Source of the DNA: a virus
Virus record (IMG/VR): IMGVR_UViG_3300027734_000045
Span: 57,062-121,061 of that record
DNA: 64,000 nt
Direction: 5' to 3' (one strand)
Of the stretch, positions 10,812 through 19,425 are shown in pieces; positions within the stretch are counted from its first letter, which is position 1; every line of letters begins with the position of its first letter. A program made the translations under genes and the position numbers. A model generated the notes under the pieces. It searched no databases. It was not told where the DNA came from and was given only the letters and a program-made list of their open reading frames with translations.

Positions 10812-11474
10812 ATGATGCAAGGTAAGCCAATTTTTAGAAAAATAGACCGCGGTGGCGACAAAATCTACATGCAAGGACCGGCTGTCCTGCAGATAGGCAA
10901 GCCACGCCTAGACGAGATAACCGGCTACGTTCCCATTGTGTCCGTGCAGCTAAACTACGATAGGGTGTCAAAGGCCTACTCAGTGATGGCCTCGGGAGTC
11001 TACAGAGTTAGAGAGTACGAGCTAAAGTCTATAAATGACTTTAAGTTTATGCCTACTCTCAATAAGATAACATTTGAGTTTCAAGGTACAATGTATACTG
11101 TACGACCGTTCAAAGACGAGGACGGCCACTGGGCTTCAAGCACAGAAGGTCCAGTTCCTTCAGACATACTAGAGGACATCCTGGTCAACAGCTTTAAGGC
11201 GGAAATTGGAGAAGAGAATCTGTTCATGAACGAATCATTAACGGCTCTTACAGACGAGACAACTGGCGAGGTTGTCTACCTGTTGTACACCGGAGCAAAG
11301 AAGACCTTCACGCGTAAAGGCGGAGAATGGCTTGAGCTTCACGACCCTAAGGGCGAGCTACTTGATGGACTAAACCTCTTTGACGTGGTTCCGGCCTTTG
11401 TAAAGTTCTATGACGAGAAGAACGGAAAGGTCTCTGAAAAGGACATCAATAAATTTGAAATGGAAATGAGCTAG
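10812..11474 (+). CDS. Hypothetical protein (220 aa)
   Basis: ORF 7 nt after the giant gene, with aaggtaga upstream; no recognised motif. Confidence 0.75.
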   Translation: MMQGKPIFRKIDRGGDKIYMQGPAVLQIGKPRLDEITGYVPIVSVQLNYDRVSKAYSVMASGVYRVREYELKSINDFKFMPTLNKITFEFQGTMYTVRPFKDEDGHWASSTEGPVPSDILEDILVNSFKAEIGEENLFMNESLTALTDETTGEVVYLLYTGAKKTFTRKGGEWLELHDPKGELLDGLNLFDVVPAFVKFYDEKNGKVSEKDINKFEMEMS

Positions 11475-11482
11475 GACACGCC

Positions 11483-14400
11483 ATGGCAAAAATAGCAGGG
11501 TACAATTCTTCTCTAGTTCTTTTGGTTGAAGGCGAGAACGCAGTCGTCGTTGACACCAGCAAAAACCTTGTGGTGGACTCTGGAACTAAGGAGGCTCTAG
11601 CCTCAAAGAAAAATTGGAAAAAGAGCAAGAGCTGCGAGGTTACTCCAGCGATGCTAGAGATAGCAGACGCAGCACTTTCGTCTCTAGACGTTTCGGTTAT
11701 CACCGCGGCTGCTGGTAGACTGTACACTGTCCCTAGCTCAGTGCAGGCAGAGGCAAAGAAGGCGCTTGAGTGGCGCAAGGAGCACAAGCGCGGCGGAACT
11801 CCAGTCGGTCTAAGCACCGCGCGCACTCTTGCCAAAGGCGGTCAAATTGGACTTCAAAAGGTTCGTCACATCGCGAAGTACTTCCCTCGTCACGAGGTAG
11901 ACAAAAAGGCTAAGGGCTACGAACGCGGTGAAGACGGATTCCCGTCTAATGGCCGCATTGCCTGGGCTCTCTGGGGTGGAGACGCCGGTTGGCGCTGGGC
12001 AAAAAACATCGTTGAGCGTGAGAACAAGAAGGCTCTTACCTCTGATGGATACGCTCTTCCGGGATACTCAATAGACGACGACACCTACGCTATTAGCGAG
12101 CCTGGCTACGGAGCAGATTTAAACGCATTTGGAGACGCGCACGCGTTAGACGATGGCGGTCCTGAGTTCATGGCTCGTGTTCGTATGGATGGCTCCGGCA
12201 TGGACCGTCTATACAAGGTCGACGTCGATGGGCGTGTCTACTTCTGGGATGACGGAGGCTGGGACGACCTAGGCTCTATCGATGGAGACATTTACTTCTA
12301 CGACAAGTCTCTTGATGACCCGTATGACGACTGTGATAAGTCTCACTTCATAATCGACCCTGACTCGGCGCTAATTATTTCTGCGCTTCTTCAACAGGAC
12401 CCGTACACCAACGTGTCGGTTGATGACATCGACTCACATGAGGCCTCTCTTGCTAGAAACGCCATCGCCGAAGAAGACTGGGGCATGGTTGACCGAGTTG
12501 CGCGGGCGAGCGACGAAGACCCTTACTATCCGATGATGGCAGCCGCGGCTATGCCGGTAGACAAAGAAGCAGAAAAAGAGGAAGCTCCTGCTCCTGCCGT
12601 AGACACTAAGGGAATCTTAGGAGAGCCACATAAGGAGGACAACGCTCCTGCCGCTAAAATCGACAGTGAACTTCCTGCTCTTACCGCAAAAGACCTTGGC
12701 CTAATTCTAAACGACTGGCCTGGTTGGGTTATGGACCAGAGAAAGACCACGACTGAGCAAGGACTAGTTGCACAGCGCACGACTACCTCCGATGACTACT
12801 CAGTCAGCGATTCAGTAGACACGGACAAATCCTATGAGCACCCTCTACTAAAGCCTTGGCTAGACAAAAAGGCCGCTGGCATCTCAACAAAGTCTACTGA
12901 TAACCCGGCGCTACTGTCTGCCGCTGAGCCAGTCTCAGCTAAGCCTACAACAGTAAAGGACATAGAAGAGGCTGCCAAGGAGACAAAACCTGGCTCCGAG
13001 GTCACTCCTGGCAAAACAGACGTGCAACCTATGTACCTAGCATTTGTTTCTCCTGATGACCCTCACGCGGTGTTTGACCTTATTGCACTTGTTCCAGCGA
13101 GCTCAACCTCTAACCAGCCGATGACATACCGTCGTCAGGATAAGAAATGGGTGCGCTATCCAAGTGCTCTGCAGGACCTAAAGTCAGCTACTCCTCCGCC
13201 AGTCGTGCCTCTTGATAAGGAAGCACTGGACGCTACTCTAAAGCAGATTGACGGCATGTACGAAGCACTAAACGCGTCAGTGTTTTCAGTTGACCACCAG
13301 CTGATGGTGCTTTGGGGTCCAAGCGCTGTACGCATGGAAGACGCGCTGGTCGCCGCAGGTGGAGTAGACAAGAACCGCGGCAACGCGGAAAGACTCCGCA
13401 GGTACTGGTCTCACGGCAAGGGAGCAGCTAAGATTCGCTGGGGCACAAAGGGTGACTGGTCTCGCTGTGTTCGTCATCTGTCTAAGTTCCTTGGAGTTAG
13501 AGCTAAGGGATACTGCCAGTTGCGCCACAAGGAAGCAACCGGCATGTACACCGCTACTCACGCCAAACTCGACCGCGCAAAGCATAACTCAAATTCAGAG
13601 TTTATTATGGAAGAGGTCTACGCTAAGAACACGGGAGTTCCGACTGCTGTGACTGAGCAGGACATGGCTAAGAAGTTAACCGAAATCATGGTTGAGCACG
13701 ACGACGTGTACGACCACCACTGGAAGCCTGAGCCACAGATTGTCGATGACCTAAAGAGGCTAAATCTTCTAGACGACGAAGAGTTCGAAGCGATAGTTGC
13801 GGCTGGAGGTTTTGACAGAAACCGCGGAAACGCAGAAGAGCTTCGCCGTTATTGGACTGTAGGCAAGGGCGCTAAAAAGATTCGCTGGGGAACCGGTGGA
13901 GATTGGACTAGATGTGTTAGGCAGCTGTCTAAGTACCTAGGCCCACGCGCTAAGGGATACTGTCAACTTCGTCACAAGGAAGTGACTGGTGAATACACCG
14001 GTGACCGAGCTCACATGGAAAAGTATGGCCATCTAAAGAAAAAGACCTGGCGCGACCGTCTAAAGCTATTTAGCATCGAGGAAAAGGTTATTGAACTTGC
14101 CGAGCGAGACGCACTGGCAGCAGGCCTACGAGAGAGAATGGGTCTCACTGCTTCAGCGGTAGAGACAGGCGCGGGTTCGGCGTTTAGAATTCCATTGGCA
14201 ATCCCAGAGGACGTCGAGTCTGGTGACGGCCGTCTATTCAAGAAGGACTCAATTACTGTTCGCGAGTTGCCTATCCCGCTTCTATGGCAGCTAAAGACAG
14301 GAGAGGGCCACAGTGGCTCTGTTGTAGTTGGTCGCGTCGACCGTCTTGAAAGAGTGGAAAACGGTATCGGAAATGCCTATGGTGTTTTTGATGACGGCAA

Positions 14401-15511
14401 GCATGGCAAAGAGGCTGAACGCCTTGTTCGTGCTGGCTTCCTTCGTGGAGTGTCAGCGGACATGGACCAGTTTGAGGCAAAACAAACTAAAAGCAAGAAA
14501 AAAGATGCTGCTGAGGACGACGACATCTCCGCTGAGAAAATCGTTATAAATAAGGCCCGTGTCATGGCCATTACAATAGTACCTAAGCCAGCATTTCAGG
14601 AATGCAAAATTCTTATCGACTCCGATGAGCTAGAAAATCCCCAGGAGGAAATTATGATTCTAAACGATGGAATCTATGTCGACGATGTCGACGCAAGTGA
14701 CGCAGCTGCACTGGTTGCCTGTGGAGCAGTTGCTGGATCGATTCCAGTAGTGCCACCGGCTAACTGGTTTGTAAACCCTAAGCTGTCTAAGCCGACTCCG
14801 CTAACTGTCGACGACAGTGGTAGAGTATTTGGTCACATTGCCGCTTGGCACGTTGACCACATCGGCTTGACCGCGGGTACTAAGCCACCGCGCAGCAGAA
14901 GCAACTACGCGTACTTCCACTCAGGAGTTGTCCGTGCCGATAATGGCAAGGACGTGCCTGTTGGCCAGTTGACACTCGCTGGTGGACACGCATCTATCGA
15001 GGCAAGTGCCTACGACGCAGTCAAGCACTATGATGACACAGCATCTGCCGTTGCAGACGTGCACGCTGGAGAAGACGAGTTTGGAATCTGGGTTGCAGGA
15101 GCTCTACGTCCTAGCGCGCAGCCGGAGCAAATTCGTGCACTTCGTGCTTCCGCTCCTTCAGGTGACTGGAGACCAATCAAGGGCTCACTTGAGCTTGTTG
15201 CAGTGTGTCAGGTAAACGTTCCTGGATTCCCAATTGCACGAGCACGCGTTGCCTCAGGTCAGGTTATGGCCTTGGTTGCAGCTGGTGCAGCGGTTCTTGC
15301 TAAACTAAAGCAGGACCCAATGACAGAACTGGCCTCCAGAGTACGTGAACTCGAGCAGTTTACTGGCAAGGAGCTTGCAACCAACGCGGCCAGTGCCAAG
15401 GCAAGATTCGCGTCTATCGTTGACGAGATGCCAAGCAAGAAGCCTGTGACTGCAAGCGTGGACTCCATGAGAGCCAAGATTGCAGCCGCCCAGGAGGCCC
15501 TGGGAAAATAG
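11483..15511 (+). CDS. Capsid maturation protease, multidomain (1342 aa)
   Basis: Prohead-protease-like core GDGRLF..LPIPLLWQ..H.GSVVVG..GVSAD; C-terminal VFGHIAAW..HYDDT..PSGDWR..VNVPGFP domain as in actinophage proteases; two RYW..GDW.RC..GYC..H repeats; upstream of the capsid gene. Confidence 0.8.
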   Translation: MAKIAGYNSSLVLLVEGENAVVVDTSKNLVVDSGTKEALASKKNWKKSKSCEVTPAMLEIADAALSSLDVSVITAAAGRLYTVPSSVQAEAKKALEWRKEHKRGGTPVGLSTARTLAKGGQIGLQKVRHIAKYFPRHEVDKKAKGYERGEDGFPSNGRIAWALWGGDAGWRWAKNIVERENKKALTSDGYALPGYSIDDDTYAISEPGYGADLNAFGDAHALDDGGPEFMARVRMDGSGMDRLYKVDVDGRVYFWDDGGWDDLGSIDGDIYFYDKSLDDPYDDCDKSHFIIDPDSALIISALLQQDPYTNVSVDDIDSHEASLARNAIAEEDWGMVDRVARASDEDPYYPMMAAAAMPVDKEAEKEEAPAPAVDTKGILGEPHKEDNAPAAKIDSELPALTAKDLGLILNDWPGWVMDQRKTTTEQGLVAQRTTTSDDYSVSDSVDTDKSYEHPLLKPWLDKKAAGISTKSTDNPALLSAAEPVSAKPTTVKDIEEAAKETKPGSEVTPGKTDVQPMYLAFVSPDDPHAVFDLIALVPASSTSNQPMTYRRQDKKWVRYPSALQDLKSATPPPVVPLDKEALDATLKQIDGMYEALNASVFSVDHQLMVLWGPSAVRMEDALVAAGGVDKNRGNAERLRRYWSHGKGAAKIRWGTKGDWSRCVRHLSKFLGVRAKGYCQLRHKEATGMYTATHAKLDRAKHNSNSEFIMEEVYAKNTGVPTAVTEQDMAKKLTEIMVEHDDVYDHHWKPEPQIVDDLKRLNLLDDEEFEAIVAAGGFDRNRGNAEELRRYWTVGKGAKKIRWGTGGDWTRCVRQLSKYLGPRAKGYCQLRHKEVTGEYTGDRAHMEKYGHLKKKTWRDRLKLFSIEEKVIELAERDALAAGLRERMGLTASAVETGAGSAFRIPLAIPEDVESGDGRLFKKDSITVRELPIPLLWQLKTGEGHSGSVVVGRVDRLERVENGIGNAYGVFDDGKHGKEAERLVRAGFLRGVSADMDQFEAKQTKSKKKDAAEDDDISAEKIVINKARVMAITIVPKPAFQECKILIDSDELENPQEEIMILNDGIYVDDVDASDAAALVACGAVAGSIPVVPPANWFVNPKLSKPTPLTVDDSGRVFGHIAAWHVDHIGLTAGTKPPRSRSNYAYFHSGVVRADNGKDVPVGQLTLAGGHASIEASAYDAVKHYDDTASAVADVHAGEDEFGIWVAGALRPSAQPEQIRALRASAPSGDWRPIKGSLELVAVCQVNVPGFPIARARVASGQVMALVAAGAAVLAKLKQDPMTELASRVRELEQFTGKELATNAASAKARFASIVDEMPSKKPVTASVDSMRAKIAAAQEALGK
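15502..15508 (+). other. Putative -1 programmed frameshift heptamer G_GGA_AAA at the protease gene stop
   Basis: CTG GGA AAA TAG; the -1 frame is stop-free and continuous with ORF 15610-16065. Confidence 0.7.
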
Positions 15512-15609
15512 TTGCGGTTGAGGCCAGCGCAGCTGGACTTATCAACCAAGAAGGCGATAAGTACAATGCAGACACTCAACCGCGGGACATCAAGGGAAAG
15601 TTTAGAACA

Positions 15610-16065
15610 GTGCTAGCACGTCTAAAGCAAGACCTAGGTGTCGCCGGCCTTGACGCGGCTGTTAAAAAAATTGCCGAGGCAGAAAACATAAATAACGCCG
15701 GCAACTACGTAGAGGCTGCGGCTCGTGCAAACGACGTCATAAGTCTCGTCGACCGTGTTCATAGTGGAGCCCTAACCGGTCCGTCACTAGAAAACATTAG
15801 AGAGTCAGCTGGTGCTCTTGGAGCTGCGATGGCCAACCTGCCATTGCCGTTTGGTCAAGAGAACCAAAAGCTGGCATTCAGCGATCTTCCTCCTTCACTG
15901 AAGAATCTTGTGAAAAGCATGATTCCAAGGGTAGAAGCGAGGATAGGAGATAAAGACGCGCGAAGTGCAATCAAGCCTTTGCAAGACTTTATGTCAGGCG
16001 GAGCACTGTACAGTCAGAGCCAATTATCGGCCGAGATGAACACTTTACTCCGGTTGCTTACTTAG
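15610..16065 (+). CDS. Helical head-associated protein, probably made as a frameshift extension of the protease gene (frame open from 15502)
   Basis: In-frame upstream sequence encodes YNADTQPRDIKGKFR, a PRD..G.F motif typical of phage head proteins; no well-spaced RBS before GTG 15610. Confidence 0.65.
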   Translation: MLARLKQDLGVAGLDAAVKKIAEAENINNAGNYVEAAARANDVISLVDRVHSGALTGPSLENIRESAGALGAAMANLPLPFGQENQKLAFSDLPPSLKNLVKSMIPRVEARIGDKDARSAIKPLQDFMSGGALYSQSQLSAEMNTLLRLLT

Positions 16066-16184
16066 AAGCAATATACAATAATGTACTAGGTGGAGCGCCT
16101 ACATGCAAACGCGTGGAGTCCCTTTACCTTGAACTAACAAGTGGTAAGTGAAATACACTTACTCAACTGTCCTTAGGAGGAACA
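16066..16184 (+). promoter_or_regulatory. Promoter and structured leader of the capsid gene
   Basis: TACAAT at about 16074; stems AGGTGGAG/CTTTACCT and GTAAGTG/CACTTAC; AGGAGG RBS before GTG 16185. Confidence 0.5.
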
Positions 16185-18230
16185 GTGGACCAGATTAAGT
16201 CACAGGTAGACAACCTGGCTGACCTTAGCGACGAGCAAGTCGCTGAGCTCCAGGCATCTATCATCAGTGAATTCGAATCGGTCGAGGGTCAGGAACCTAC
16301 TCCACAGACTGTTGACGCTATGACTTCGCTCGCAGACATGCTTGACACCGTCCGCGGTGAGACCAAGCGTCGCGAAGCAGCTACCCAGGAGCTTGCAACG
16401 CAAGCCGCCGAGGCTGCTATGCGTGTTAAGGGCGAGGAAGAGGCACCAGCTGACGCTGAGGCATCCCATGAGGAAGCACCAGAAGAAGTTGGAGAGACTC
16501 CTGAAGAGGAGAAGAAGGAAGACGAGATGACTGAAGAGTCAGCTGTGTATTCTGCCGAAGCCGCTCAAGAAGCATCAACAACTGCTGAAGCCGGAACCGA
16601 CGAACCTGTCGCCGATGAAGAAGTACCCCCAACCGAAGAAACACCTAGTGCTCCTCAAGAAGAGCAGAAAGAGCAGGCCCCAGTGACCGCTTCAGCAGAA
16701 GAGAGCTTCCAGGCTCCAGCTGACCGCCAGCCTGTAGTCGAAGTTAAGGAAGCAAAAGTGGCAATCACCGCTGGCGCTGACATTCCTGGCTACACCGCCG
16801 GCAGCACCATCGACAACCTAAGCGAAGTAGCTTCAGCTATGGAAAAGCGTATCCACTCGCTTCGCCGCGTTAACGGAGGAGACGGAGAGCAGCACATCGT
16901 TGCGTCCTTCACCACCGCGTACCCAGAGTCACGCACTCTAACAACCGACGCAGAGTCAAACTGGACCAAGATTCAGGCAGTCGCGGGACCTGAGGCACTT
17001 GTTGCTTCTGGTGGTCACGCTACTCCATTCGAGGTCAAGTACGACATCTTTGCAATCGGTTCTACCACCATTCGTCCTATTCGCGACTCTCTACCTCGCT
17101 TCCAGGCTGACCGTGGCGGTATCCGTTTCATCACTCCACCTAGCTTCGCTGGCGCAACATACGACAGCGCAGTTGGTATCTGGACAGCCGGTGTTGACCA
17201 ATACGGAGCAAACGGACTAACTGCATTGTCACTTAGCGCGACTGCAATTTCTGGTAGCTCAGGTGCATACGTAATTGGTGTAACTAACAACACTATTCCA
17301 GTTGGCGCAAAGGTAACCTTTGGTACTATTGGAACTGCTACTACACTAAGTAACATCACAGCTAACGTGACTGCGTCAACAAGCACCACTATTACCATCG
17401 ACACCACAACTGCTATTTCAGGCACTCCGTCTTCCGGTACCGTGTCTCCTGTAACAGTGAAGGGCTCATACACTGCATCTGCAGCTTCTGAAAACACCGT
17501 TGCAACTGACGCTGTAACACTACAGCTACAGTTCGGTAACTTGATGTCTCGTGCTTACCCAGAGTTGATTGCTCGTCACAACGAACTTGCTCTAGTACAG
17601 CACGCTCGTGAAGCTGAGGACAACCTGTTGGCTAAGATCAACGCGGGTTCTACTGCAGTCACCACGCAGACCAACCTTGGTTTTGCTCGTGACTTCCTAG
17701 TTCAGGTGCGTCGTGCAGCTATGGCTTACCGTTCACGTCACCGTATCGATCCTCAGACTCGTCTGAAGGCAATCCTTCCGGTGTGGGTTTACGAGGCAAT
17801 GGCAGCTGACCTAACCTTGGCAATGCCAGGCGACGGCACTCTAGCTGTGTCAAAGTCAGAGATCGATGGTTTCCTATCGGCTCTAAACGTTGACGTTGTC
17901 ACTCACCTAGACGACAGCTCAAACAACGGTGTATTCGGTACCCAAAGCGCCGGTGTACTGCTCGAGTTCCCGGACACCTTCCGTTGGTTCTTGTTCGCTG
18001 AAGGAACATTCTTGTTCCTAGACGGCGGAACTCTAGACCTAGGTATCATCCGTGACAGCTCTCTAGTTGGCACAAACGACTACAAGATGTTCATTGAAAC
18101 ATTCGAGAACGTTGCAAAGGTTGGTATCGAGTCTCTAGCGATTACCTCAACCATCAACGTATCTGGTGCAGCTGCGGCTCTTGTAACTGCAACATCAACA
18201 ACATCTGCTGCTACATCTAACGACCTGTAA
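16185..18230 (+). CDS. Major capsid (hexamer) protein with N-terminal acidic scaffold region
   Basis: Acidic/coiled-coil N-terminus, then ALVASGG..P....YDI..LPRFQADRGGIRF and EGTFLFLDGGTLDLGIIRDS.L..TNDY..F.E.FE, as in actinophage hexamer proteins; strong RBS. Confidence 0.88.
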   Translation: MDQIKSQVDNLADLSDEQVAELQASIISEFESVEGQEPTPQTVDAMTSLADMLDTVRGETKRREAATQELATQAAEAAMRVKGEEEAPADAEASHEEAPEEVGETPEEEKKEDEMTEESAVYSAEAAQEASTTAEAGTDEPVADEEVPPTEETPSAPQEEQKEQAPVTASAEESFQAPADRQPVVEVKEAKVAITAGADIPGYTAGSTIDNLSEVASAMEKRIHSLRRVNGGDGEQHIVASFTTAYPESRTLTTDAESNWTKIQAVAGPEALVASGGHATPFEVKYDIFAIGSTTIRPIRDSLPRFQADRGGIRFITPPSFAGATYDSAVGIWTAGVDQYGANGLTALSLSATAISGSSGAYVIGVTNNTIPVGAKVTFGTIGTATTLSNITANVTASTSTTITIDTTTAISGTPSSGTVSPVTVKGSYTASAASENTVATDAVTLQLQFGNLMSRAYPELIARHNELALVQHAREAEDNLLAKINAGSTAVTTQTNLGFARDFLVQVRRAAMAYRSRHRIDPQTRLKAILPVWVYEAMAADLTLAMPGDGTLAVSKSEIDGFLSALNVDVVTHLDDSSNNGVFGTQSAGVLLEFPDTFRWFLFAEGTFLFLDGGTLDLGIIRDSSLVGTNDYKMFIETFENVAKVGIESLAITSTINVSGAAAALVTATSTTSAATSNDL

Positions 18231-18244
18231 AAAGCAACGTCTTT

Positions 18245-18278
18245 TTGCTGGGGTGGTCTTTTATGGCCACCCCAGCAA
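18245..18278 (+). terminator. Strong hairpin after the major capsid gene (terminator or mRNA-stabilising stem)
   Basis: TTGCTGGGGTGG..CCACCCCAGCAA inverted repeat; no clear 3' U-tract. Confidence 0.6.
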
Positions 18279-18311
18279 TAAGAGTAAGATTTTAAATTAA
18301 GGATTTGAAAA

Positions 18312-19403
18312 ATGGCTTTTCCAAAGAATGGCGTAGTAGAGGCACCAAAGATTATGCCCTCCGCTTTTGGCCTACTTGCAGTAGTCAAGCCTGAGAATTC
18401 TGCAGACGAAGACATGTGGATTCGTGGGTTTTCGCAGGAATACGAAACTGAACTCTACGCAGCAAAAAACTGGGATGACACCGACACTACTAGTTCTGTA
18501 GTTGTAGCTGCAGGTGTCCCTAATTATTTCACTAAAATTGATCCCTTCTTTGTTGAAGTAGAAGAGCTTCGCTCAGGCTTAGGATTTCTAGGTCTTGACC
18601 GCATCGAACGTCTAAAGCGTCAACTTGAGGGTGTCACTCAAGACGCTATGGAGCAAGAACTTTGGGACGGTGGTATTCGAATTAGTGAAAGCCACCCTAA
18701 TCGCGCTTTAGTTTCTTCTGGAGTTACCGTTCTTGATGGTACGGGACTTTCATCAAAACGTGCTTTGGCAGTGCTAGAGCATGGCATTGGTGCGGCATCA
18801 GAATCTGGCGAGCAGGGAGTTATTCACGCAACTCGCGATGTAGTTGCTCTTTTTTCAGCCAACTCAAATATGCTTTTTCACGATAAAATTAGTGAACACT
18901 TGCAGACCTATGGTGGAACGCCTATAGTTGTCGGCAGTGGCTACAGTGGTAACGGTCCTCGTATTGCGGTTGCTACAGCAACTATTAGCGGTAGCACTAC
19001 GCTAACTATCAACACTTCAGGCGACCACTACCTACTTGCAGGTGACACTGTTCGCTACTCTGTAGTTGGAGCAAACATCAACCAGTCCTCTACTTCTACA
19101 GCAGTTGTCACTAAAGTCGACGCTGACACAGTAACAATTACTATTGCAAGTGCCACTAACCAAGGTCAAGAACCGGTTACTGGCTTTATTCAGCAGTTGG
19201 GAACCAACTCTGCAAAATGGATTTACGGCACAGGAACTGTTCGCTCATACGTGGGCAAGGTCGATGTCGTAAACGACAACTTAGCTCAAGGCTATGACGT
19301 GTCGGGTAACAAAAATGACATGCGTCTCAAAGCAATCCGCCCAGCGGCTGTTTACTTTGACACATCCATCCACCTAGCTGTTCGAGTCGATCTAACAGCC
19401 TAA
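18312..19403 (+). CDS. Major capsid pentamer (minor capsid) protein
   Basis: Follows the hexamer gene; P.FGLL.V, PFFV, E..LW.G, GVIH, T.GGTP.VVGSGY, W.YGTG.V motifs. Confidence 0.75.
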   Translation: MAFPKNGVVEAPKIMPSAFGLLAVVKPENSADEDMWIRGFSQEYETELYAAKNWDDTDTTSSVVVAAGVPNYFTKIDPFFVEVEELRSGLGFLGLDRIERLKRQLEGVTQDAMEQELWDGGIRISESHPNRALVSSGVTVLDGTGLSSKRALAVLEHGIGAASESGEQGVIHATRDVVALFSANSNMLFHDKISEHLQTYGGTPIVVGSGYSGNGPRIAVATATISGSTTLTINTSGDHYLLAGDTVRYSVVGANINQSSTSTAVVTKVDADTVTITIASATNQGQEPVTGFIQQLGTNSAKWIYGTGTVRSYVGKVDVVNDNLAQGYDVSGNKNDMRLKAIRPAAVYFDTSIHLAVRVDLTA

Positions 19404-19425
19404 CAAGAAATAAGGAGAAAAGGCT

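Noticed and set aside
15509-15511. TAG readthrough or an alternative genetic code
   Set aside because: The downstream coding sequence is in the -1 frame, not the same frame, and other genes are intact under the standard code.
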